DNA of 64,000 nucleotides, taken from IMG/VR virus record IMGVR_UViG_2511231106_000004, positions 1 to 64,000 of that record; one strand, 5' to 3'. Below are positions 56,586 through 64,000 of this stretch, piece after piece. Every line of letters starts with the position of its first letter. Positions within the stretch are counted from its first letter, which is position 1. The translations under genes and the position numbers were made by a program. The notes beneath the pieces are model-generated. The model saw only the letters and a list, made by a program, of their open reading frames with translations, did no database searches and had not been told where the DNA came from. This DNA comes from a virus (Duplodnaviria; Caudoviricetes).

Positions 56586-57360
56586 GCCCCTTTTCGATAA
56601 GCGGATAGTTGCCTTCGGACGTCATCAGCTGATAAATAAACAGTCGTCCCTTCTGGGTCCAGTACATATAAGTGCGGTTATGGGGAATGCCATAGCTATC
56701 GGGAACACTGTATGTCTTGGTGCTGGTGTACCCCATGGGAGCGTATTTCTGGTAGAGCAGCCATATTTTTCCCTGCTTGTACTGGATTCCGTGTTCATGG
56801 AGCCAGTTATTCATATGCCGGGCAGACCATCCATAATCCTTTGCAATGACCGAAGTCGGAACCAGATCTTTGCATTGAAGGACCAGATCGTAGTAGCTTG
56901 CCTTCGGCTGGAGCTCTGCGATCTGCTGCTTCTGAGCAGCTGCCAAAAGTTCCATGGATTCACGCCGTTCCCGTTCTTCCTTGAGCTTAGTAAAGACTGC
57001 AATGGCAAGGTCCGGATTATCAAGGATAGCTTCCGTTGCATACAGACCGGATTGGCGGATAGAAGGAATGACTTTGTGTGTTACCCATCTTTTAAATGCC
57101 CTGGCTTCAGGTTTCCGGCTGCTGAGAATCAGGGTGTAGAGTCCCGGCTCATTCACAACACGTTTTTCCGGATTGCCAGGAATACCCTCGGTTAAAACTA
57201 GGGTATTCTTTTCATCGTCATCCAGCCTCGAAAGAGCATCGCTGGGGTTGGCAATACCAAGGATGCGGCACACATCGGCGGCCACGAACCATGGCTCTCC
57301 GTTCACAACAGCTGTCCGCACATCCATCCCGTTATAAATGAAGTCTTTTGTTGTAGTCAT
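56563..57360 (-). CDS. BRO-N / KilA-C phage antirepressor
   Basis: EPWFVAADVC, EPGLYTLI, FKRWV, IAKDYG, WTQKGR. Confidence 0.93.
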   Translation of the reverse strand: MTTTKDFIYNGMDVRTAVVNGEPWFVAADVCRILGIANPSDALSRLDDDEKNTLVLTEGIPGNPEKRVVNEPGLYTLILSSRKPEARAFKRWVTHKVIPSIRQSGLYATEAILDNPDLAIAVFTKLKEERERRESMELLAAAQKQQIAELQPKASYYDLVLQCKDLVPTSVIAKDYGWSARHMNNWLHEHGIQYKQGKIWLLYQKYAPMGYTSTKTYSVPDSYGIPHNRTYMYWTQKGRLFIYQLMTSEGNYPLIEKGRGDSGEI

Positions 57361-57407
57361 TTTGATGACCTCCTTGAAAGTAAGTTTGGAATTGTTTTCC
57401 TATTCAT

Positions 57408-57440
57408 TAGCCAGGAGAACCCGTCAAATCTGACGGTTTC
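57408..57440 (-). promoter_or_regulatory. Putative phage-sigma promoter (copy 3 of 3)
   Basis: GAAACCGTCAGA-N16-GGCTA overlapping the sigma gene stop. Confidence 0.75.
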
Positions 57441-58038
57441 CAAAAAATTCCTGTAATTTTTTCTTTGCTCGCTTCAGCTTCTGGGTGATATTGTTTTCAT
57501 TGGCACCTGTTCTGGCAGCATATGCCCGGACGGATTCTCCATCGATATAGACAGCAATGACAGCTTCTGCCCATTCCGTTTTCTTGGCCAATGCGATCCT
57601 GATGGTTTGCTTGGTCTCTTCATCGCTGGCTTCGCGATCCCGTTCCACTTCATCCCGGCTCACAAGACTCATATCCGGCATTGCCTTTCCATTCCGTTTG
57701 CATCCGCTCCCAGCAACTGCACAACCGCAGGTATCAGGAGCATCTTCGATGGGATTCGCCAAGCTGATATCTTCTTCATCCCTTCCCTGATAATTCGGGA
57801 ACTCACTTCTTCTGCGGTGCTCCCTGTGCCAATCATTGTAGAGGGGTTTGTTGAAGTCTTCGTTCATGATTTCCTGGGCACTGCGCCGGGTAACTTTTTC
57901 CCCTTCCTTTGCCGCCTGTTTTCTCAGTTCGTAATCCCGCTCGATCATGATCTGACAGTCACCTTCAGGGACTTCCACTACCGTGACCACTGGTGCTTTC
58001 GATTCATCCCAACTGTAGTGTTTGACTCTGATTTTCAT
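57424..58038 (-). CDS. Sigma-70 region 4-like phage transcription factor
   Basis: C-terminal IDGESVRAYAARTGANENNITQKLKRAKKKL HTH. Confidence 0.8.
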   Translation of the reverse strand: MKIRVKHYSWDESKAPVVTVVEVPEGDCQIMIERDYELRKQAAKEGEKVTRRSAQEIMNEDFNKPLYNDWHREHRRRSEFPNYQGRDEEDISLANPIEDAPDTCGCAVAGSGCKRNGKAMPDMSLVSRDEVERDREASDEETKQTIRIALAKKTEWAEAVIAVYIDGESVRAYAARTGANENNITQKLKRAKKKLQEFFGNRQI

Positions 58039-58596
58039 TTTTGGCATCCTTTCCGTCCGTGCCAGAGGACGAAGGGATGCCAAAAAGACCTGCAGGGAAT
58101 GTCCCCACAGGTCCCAAACGGCCAAAATGGCGCACGGAAACAAACGGTGGGGGCATTTCCATTCCTGCCCACCGCATCACTGCGGTGATCCAGAACTGTC
58201 TATGCATCCCATCGTCCTCATGCGCATCTCGGACAACAGAGATTTTTTTCGAGTGCCTGAGCACTCATATGGAAGCAGGACTGCCTGCTGCCGTATCAAT
58301 GTTCAGACTATCCGTCCAGCTTTTGGAATACCCGCTTGCTGGTCGGTCATAATGAAATCGAACTTACTGATTGCAGATTATATTTCTGCATTTGCGGTAT
58401 TCAGATTCACAGCCACACAGAAAATTCCACACATGCATGGTATAATGTTAGAAAACCAGTAGTCACACTTCCTTCCACCTCCCGTCTTCAATTTCTGATT
58501 TCATCCTATTCTTGATAAGGTTACTGTCAATCCGTAGTCCGGGTGGTTAAGGTTACTAACGATACTTAAGCTTACTTTTTTTCAGGAGGTACTGTT

Positions 58597-59988
58597 ATGC
58601 CCTCACAAAACAACTTCCACGTTCCCCATTTATGCGGTGGTATCCTGTTCAATCTTTTACTGGAAACAAGAAAAACACGCGGAAAAATCCGTGACAGGGC
58701 ACATGGCGGAACAGACGGTCTTTCTGATTTGGATGTATATATAGGACTTGTAAATGTTGTAGCTGGCAATGACTGGAAAGATGTTGACGGGACAACAAAA
58801 AATAAATGTGTATCTAACTATAAAAGGTGCGTGGACAGCACAGGTTCATATGTTCCTTTTACTGATGAGGTTTTTAGGAAAGCCTTCGATTCGGAATACA
58901 ATAAAAAAAGCCCTGCCCTCCTTGAAAGGATGGCAAGGTTCATAGAACAGTATTTGAGTCTTGAAAAGTGCAAGTGGCTTGGCAAAGCATTGATTGAAAT
59001 CATGCAAAAAGACCCTTCAATCAATGATGATGCCGAAATTGCTGTAGACTTTGGACAAAATATTTCTGTAAAAAAACTGCATGAGGCAAAGAACATTCAC
59101 TTTTTGCCTTTTTTCCTAAGCGTACTGCATTACGTAATCGATAATTGCCCTGACTGCGAATCCGGGCGGTCCACCTTTGAAACCTGGTATTGCCAAGTTG
59201 GTCCGAAAGCGCCATGGAAACCCAAACATGATGTACTCAGTAAACTCGGTGGCACCATCGGCGATATGGAAGTGTCAGTGAATCTGGAAGTTCAGAAAGC
59301 CATTACGATAAAAGATGCAGAACATAGAAATTCCGAGAGTACATCTTCTGCAGATGAATGCTCATCGGAAAAGCCAGATAAAAATAATGATATTCTTTCA
59401 TCCGAATCCCCGCTTTCCAACCGTGATACCACTCTTTTACCCCGGCTGGCGAAGGGATTCAACAAAATATTGAAGTTTGCCAAAGACACGGACCTCAGTA
59501 TAGAACGTATGCCTTCCGAAATTCTGAATACCTTTGAGACCCTGTATAATGAATGGAAGGATCAAGACACGGACTTTAAAGATCCGGAACTGAATAAATT
59601 GAAATATGACATTCTAAATACATTGTATTGGTATATCAACTTCTGGGGAACTCATCTTTGGCTCAACGATGATTCTGATTGCTTTGTCCACCTAAAAAAT
59701 ACGTACAAAGATTCCTGGAAAAAAGAAGGAGAACTTCGTCAGCAGGCCATGAAGGACAGAGAAGCTTTCACCCGTCTGCATGAAAGGCTTTGTCGGTATA
59801 TCATAGACTTTGATATCGATCTAAACAAAACTGAACCAGTTGAAGCCAAGGTCGTAGAAGAAACGCCGCCTCTGGAAAATAATCAAGGCGGCAGCCGGAC
59901 TACAATTATCGAGCACCAGACCAATATCGGCCACAGTGTGTCAAAGACATATAACATAAAGGACAGCACTGTCACATTTAATGATTAA
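58597..59988 (+). CDS. Hypothetical protein with C-terminal RHIM/BASS-like motif
   Basis: 463-aa ORF, RBS AGGAGG, ends QTNIGHSVSKTYNIKDSTVTFND. Confidence 0.85.
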   Translation: MPSQNNFHVPHLCGGILFNLLLETRKTRGKIRDRAHGGTDGLSDLDVYIGLVNVVAGNDWKDVDGTTKNKCVSNYKRCVDSTGSYVPFTDEVFRKAFDSEYNKKSPALLERMARFIEQYLSLEKCKWLGKALIEIMQKDPSINDDAEIAVDFGQNISVKKLHEAKNIHFLPFFLSVLHYVIDNCPDCESGRSTFETWYCQVGPKAPWKPKHDVLSKLGGTIGDMEVSVNLEVQKAITIKDAEHRNSESTSSADECSSEKPDKNNDILSSESPLSNRDTTLLPRLAKGFNKILKFAKDTDLSIERMPSEILNTFETLYNEWKDQDTDFKDPELNKLKYDILNTLYWYINFWGTHLWLNDDSDCFVHLKNTYKDSWKKEGELRQQAMKDREAFTRLHERLCRYIIDFDIDLNKTEPVEAKVVEETPPLENNQGGSRTTIIEHQTNIGHSVSKTYNIKDSTVTFND

Positions 59989-60001
59989 GGAGAAACAATG
60001 T

Positions 60002-60652
60002 ATGAAGAATTTAACAGCTCCTGGCCCACATCAAGTGCGGCCGATAGCCCAAACGAATATAGGGAATCAGGTCATAAAGACATACAACATTCAGGACAGC
60101 AACGTTAACATCTATAATACGTTTCCACCTAACCAAGGGAATCCATATAGTGCAGCCCAAATGATTGCACTCAATAATTTCAGCAAAGAATATTATCAGC
60201 TCCTCGTTACCTGTGAAACAGATGTCTTTGAAAATAATAACGCCACATTTCCCTTAGACCGTGCGTTAAGTCAAAGGTATGTTCCGGAAGAAATATTAAC
60301 CCGTTGTTCGTCTTTGTCAGAAGAAGGGATTGCCGAACTGAAGACCTTTCCGGCCATTGTCTGTATGGAAAACACAGGGTTCAATGGAATTACAGATCCT
60401 AATCAAACCGCGATATTCGCATATATAACACGAGTAAAAATGGAAGGCTACCAAGTTAGAGTGGCGTTCCAGCCCATTGCACCATTCCATCAAAAAATAC
60501 TTTGTGAACAGAAATATGCTATTTATTTCGACTTGAACATGAGTTGTGCCATTACGGATTTGAATCGCACTGCCTGGTCTATCCATAAAGTGAATCTTTT
60601 TGAAGCTTTCAATGAGTCTGGACTGGGATATCTCCCGCACCCTTCTATTTAA
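60002..60652 (+). CDS. Hypothetical protein with matching N-terminal motif; body resembles defence-associated domains
   Basis: QTNIGNQVIKTYNIQDSNVNIYN; FPAIVCME and LNRTAWSIHKVNL; RBS AAGGAG. Confidence 0.85.
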   Translation: MKNLTAPGPHQVRPIAQTNIGNQVIKTYNIQDSNVNIYNTFPPNQGNPYSAAQMIALNNFSKEYYQLLVTCETDVFENNNATFPLDRALSQRYVPEEILTRCSSLSEEGIAELKTFPAIVCMENTGFNGITDPNQTAIFAYITRVKMEGYQVRVAFQPIAPFHQKILCEQKYAIYFDLNMSCAITDLNRTAWSIHKVNLFEAFNESGLGYLPHPSI

Positions 60653-60664
60653 AGGTGACTGTCT

Positions 60665-63016
60665 ATGAACAGAAAATATCCAAGCGAAATAACAGAAATT
60701 AGAGTGGATGATGCAACCTTTAAAAATACAGGCACTGTCATCACCCCCACCTATATCAACTACTTTTTCGGAAACAACGGCACGGGAAAATCCACTATTG
60801 CCAAAGCAATCCAATCTGGAACTGGCATCAAGTATGCTCCAGGAAGATCTGCCACAGACTACCAGGTATTGGTTTTCAACCAAGAATATATCAATCGAAA
60901 TATGCAGAACTTCCATAACCTTCCAGGTGTTTTTACGATGGCCGAGGAGAATGCAGAAATCCAGGACAAGATTGATGAGGCTGCAGAGCAGCTGGCTGAT
61001 GCACAGGAAAAAGTATCAGATGCCACGGATGAAAAAGAAAAATTAATTAAAATAAAAAAAGAAATCTGTACAAAGTTCTACGATGAAATCTGGCGGCGGA
61101 CTGGAAAACTGCGTAAAACATTTCCAGGCACACAGGCTGGATACCTCAAATCAAAGGCTAATTTAGCCGACAAAGTAAAACTGTGTTCACCCAGCGAATA
61201 TGATTTGGATGATCTTAAACGGATGTATGATTCTGCCTACTCTTCTACAGCACAGAGCTATCCTCGCTTTAATACAATTAGCGATACTACTGTGCTTGAC
61301 AGCATTGAAGGCAGCGAAATTCTATCTGTTGCAATTGTCAATTCCTCAGATACCCAACTTGCAAAATTTTGGAAGAAAATCAAGGCTTCCGAATGGGTGC
61401 GTCAAGGCCATTCTGCATATCATGGCAAAACCGATGGGAAATGCCCTTTTTGTTCACAGCCTTTGCCTTCAGAATTTGAAAAATTCTTGACAGACAGTTT
61501 TGATGACCAATACGAGAAGAACCTTACAAAGCTATCAGCATTCCTTGAAGATTACAGAAACACAGCCAACGCTTTATTTATGCCTTTGTCAAAACTTCCA
61601 GAACCGCTATATCCTGTCCTTGATGAAAAACCCTACAAGGATAAACTGGAAGCCCTAAGAGGTATTATTTCTACAAACATAAACCGGATAAAAGAAAAAA
61701 TAGCCGAACCTTCTAAATCTATTAAATTGGATAATACCGCACCACTACTACAAGAACTCCAAAAAATGATTACAGATTATAATAAACTAATTTCTGATAA
61801 CAACATGGTAGTTGCTGATGCCCCTAAGAAAAAAGAAGAATGCAAAGAAAAAGTCTTTTCTTTCATGTCCTTCATAACAAATGAAACAATCAAGGCTTTC
61901 AACAAAAGTATCTCTGACATTAATAAACAGCTAAACAAGCAACAGGAAATCATTGATACTCAGACAGAGCAAGGTGCGGATATCAGAGAAGAAATCCGTG
62001 TTCTAAACAGCCAGACAAAAGAAACTGAGTCCGCCATGAACAACATAAACCTTATGCTGAAAGATGCCGGATTCCAGGGATTTAAAGTCTGTCCCCACTG
62101 GGAAGAAAGAAGAAATCCGGATGGTTCTGTAAAACGAGTGATTCCTTCGCCGATTCGTAACTATGCTGTAGTCCGTACCGATACCGAAACAGGAGAAGAA
62201 GAAATTGCACATGACCTTAGTGAAGGAGAAAAGAATTTCATCGCCTTCCTGTATTTCCAGCAAACTGTATTCGGGAGCACTGACGCAGACAGCGATTCTC
62301 TGCAAAAAATAGTTGTTATTGATGACCCCGTTTCCAGCATGGACAGTGGTACGCTTTTTATTGTAAGTGCTCAAATCCGTAAGATGATCCATATTTGCCG
62401 AAACAATGTTGACAACCGGCAACCGGCAGCAGATGGAAATTTCATCAAGCAGATTTTCATTCTTACCCATAATGCTTATTTCCATCGAGAGGTAAGTTAC
62501 CTTTATGCCCGACAGTGGAACTTTGTATCTTTTTACCTGGTCCGCAAAATCAACAATAAATCTTCCGTCCAGTTGTTTGAAAAGCAGAACCCCGACTGCC
62601 CTACCAAAATGATGAATGTCAATCCCGTCAAGAACTCCTACGCTGCCCTTTGGGAATCTTATAAGGAAGTCCGGAGCGGTATCCCGTTAAAGAGCACCAT
62701 CCGCAGGATTTTAGAATATTATTTCCTGCAATTATGCGGCTATGAAGGAGACGATTTGAGAAAACGTATCCTGGAAGACCATAAGAACAACTTTCTATAT
62801 GACGAAAATGGCCATGAAACTCCAGAACGATACGAGATGGCTAAGGTCCTTCTGTCTTACATCATCTCCGATAATTCCAGCGTGAATGATGGAATCAACT
62901 ACACGGACGATTTCCTCGATGAACAGCTTTACAGGGATACATTTAAAATGATTTTCAAATACATGAATCAGGAACAGCACTTCAATATGATGATGGGTAA
63001 CGAACAAGGAGAATAA
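60665..63016 (+). CDS. RloC-like (AAA_13) SMC/ABC ATPase with zinc hook
   Basis: GNNGTGKST, CPFC hook in a coiled coil, LSEGE, IDDPVSSMD, LTHN, RRILEYYF. Confidence 0.9.
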   Translation: MNRKYPSEITEIRVDDATFKNTGTVITPTYINYFFGNNGTGKSTIAKAIQSGTGIKYAPGRSATDYQVLVFNQEYINRNMQNFHNLPGVFTMAEENAEIQDKIDEAAEQLADAQEKVSDATDEKEKLIKIKKEICTKFYDEIWRRTGKLRKTFPGTQAGYLKSKANLADKVKLCSPSEYDLDDLKRMYDSAYSSTAQSYPRFNTISDTTVLDSIEGSEILSVAIVNSSDTQLAKFWKKIKASEWVRQGHSAYHGKTDGKCPFCSQPLPSEFEKFLTDSFDDQYEKNLTKLSAFLEDYRNTANALFMPLSKLPEPLYPVLDEKPYKDKLEALRGIISTNINRIKEKIAEPSKSIKLDNTAPLLQELQKMITDYNKLISDNNMVVADAPKKKEECKEKVFSFMSFITNETIKAFNKSISDINKQLNKQQEIIDTQTEQGADIREEIRVLNSQTKETESAMNNINLMLKDAGFQGFKVCPHWEERRNPDGSVKRVIPSPIRNYAVVRTDTETGEEEIAHDLSEGEKNFIAFLYFQQTVFGSTDADSDSLQKIVVIDDPVSSMDSGTLFIVSAQIRKMIHICRNNVDNRQPAADGNFIKQIFILTHNAYFHREVSYLYARQWNFVSFYLVRKINNKSSVQLFEKQNPDCPTKMMNVNPVKNSYAALWESYKEVRSGIPLKSTIRRILEYYFLQLCGYEGDDLRKRILEDHKNNFLYDENGHETPERYEMAKVLLSYIISDNSSVNDGINYTDDFLDEQLYRDTFKMIFKYMNQEQHFNMMMGNEQGE

Positions 63017-63020
63017 TGAA

Positions 63021-63224
63021 ATGCGTATCAGCTACAATAAACTATGGAAGTTGTTGATTGACAAAAATATGACCAAGATGGAATTAAAGGAAGCAGCCGG
63101 AGTAAGTTCCGCTTCGATTGCAAAGCTCGGCAAAGGTGCCAATATTACAACCGATGTCCTGCTTAAAATCTGCGAGGCCCTTCATTGCCGTGTAGAAGAT
63201 ATTATCGAAACGATCAATGATTAA
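63021..63224 (+). CDS. Cro/C1-type HTH regulator
   Basis: MRISYNKLWKLLIDK...; paralogue of 20356..20571. Confidence 0.88.
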   Translation: MRISYNKLWKLLIDKNMTKMELKEAAGVSSASIAKLGKGANITTDVLLKICEALHCRVEDIIETIND

Positions 63225-63271
63225 AAAAAGGACTCCATGTAAACTGATATAGTCTGCATGGAGTCCTTTTC
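63223..63271. terminator. Bidirectional terminator
   Basis: aaaaggactccatg...catggagtcctttt between convergent genes. Confidence 0.75.
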
Positions 63272-63290
63272 TCACATAAACCATGAACGA

Positions 63291-64000
63291 TTACCAAACT
63301 ATTGAACGGTGGTCTTTTATCCTATCGTTCAGATGTTGTGCATTTATGACTTTAGAAAGAATATTCCTGAATACACAGATATTCTTTTTAGGGGAAAATA
63401 AAAAATGAGCCTTCGAAGGAAAATCCTTCAGAAGCCCATATATCAAGCCGCTTTTACTGTTTGGGGTGCGGAAAATTTTTTTATCAATACGGAAAGGCTT
63501 ATTTTTATCATCTTTATCATTTATCCGTACACGTTCTACCTTATGCCGGTCATTATCCTTGCCAGAAATACGGTCCACACGGAACCGATCAGCAGATGCC
63601 ACTTTTTCAACTTCAGGAGCAAATTCGCTCAAAGAACGTCCCATATCTGCATCTACAGGAGCCCCGTTTTGTAACGCACGATAGACAATAGCTGCATATT
63701 CATAACGAGTCATTGCTCGATCGCCTTTAAACTCACCATCTGTATATCCATTTAAATAGCCTCTATCGGCCAAACTCTTAACATACTGATAGGCCCAATG
63801 GTCTTTTGGAACGTCCGAGAAATTAACATTTCTCATAGGAGAAACTGTGCCAGCTTTCATCATGTTTTTCAATTCATCAAGTTCTTGGCGCATTTCCAAA
63901 TTATCATTACGTAAGGCAATAATTTCTTTTGCCATAGATACCTTAGACCGGCTAACAGTACTCTTCTGTCCCAGTTTAAAAGTCACGCCGGCATTAACCA
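63291..64000 (-). CDS. 3' part of adhesin 3 (YadA anchor end + SLH), fused to a 70-aa phage-derived tail; runs off the window
   Basis: VNAGVTFKLG, FSDVPKDHWAY SLH, ...INDKDDK then the unrelated NKPFRID... Confidence 0.9.
   Translation of the reverse strand, partial: VNAGVTFKLGQKSTVSRSKVSMAKEIIALRNDNLEMRQELDELKNMMKAGTVSPMRNVNFSDVPKDHWAYQYVKSLADRGYLNGYTDGEFKGDRAMTRYEYAAIVYRALQNGAPVDADMGRSLSEFAPEVEKVASADRFRVDRISGKDNDRHKVERVRINDKDDKNKPFRIDKKIFRTPNSKSGLIYGLLKDFPSKAHFLFSPKKNICVFRNILSKVINAQHLNDRIKDHRSIVW
63482..63527. other. Right attachment junction (TT core 63504-63505)
   Basis: Phage half tatcaatacggaaaggcttatt|TT|tatcatctttatcattt host half. Confidence 0.88.

Larger units (their letters stand above)
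9017..63505. mobile_element. Siphovirus-type prophage (~54.5 kb) integrated by serine recombinase into adhesin 3
   Basis: Full head, tail, lysis and replication gene set; TT core duplicated at 9017-9018 and 63504-63505; the host gene is split precisely at these points. Confidence 0.95.

Overview
The window comes from a diderm Firmicute (Negativicutes; the genes are Acidaminococcus/Megasphaera/Veillonella-like). The host locus is a tandem array of three YadA-like trimeric autotransporter adhesin (TAA) genes with C-terminal SLH domains, all on the minus strand. A ~54.5 kb siphovirus-type prophage (9019..63503, flanked by a duplicated TT core) has integrated into the last 15 codons of the third adhesin. 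The prophage carries two tandem large serine recombinases and replication genes (PolA, SSB, DUF2800, P4-type primase, and a frameshifted SNF2 helicase). It also has a sigma-like factor with three matching promoters, an HK97-type head, a TP901-like tail and a lysis cassette. Two AT-rich defence-like cassettes are present: a BglII/BstYI-family restriction-modification pair and a 3-gene RloC-like ATPase operon. The top candidates for new biology are: (1) a translationally coupled 7-gene block between tail fibre and holin, with two radical SAM/SPASM enzymes, two Cys-rich (CQx)n proteins and a stand-alone degenerate Hint domain, whose C-terminal CxCxCxC-SDDS(GGG) tag is also found on a tail-module protein, suggesting rSAM maturation of virion tail proteins; (2) a RHIM/BASS-like motif (QTNIG..V.KTYNI.DS.V) shared between the C-terminus of one gene and the N-terminus of the next in the RloC-like operon, suggesting amyloid-type signalling in phage defence; (3) an overlapped, non-lipoprotein spanin-like gene pair. 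All product calls come from motif recognition by eye; no searches were run.
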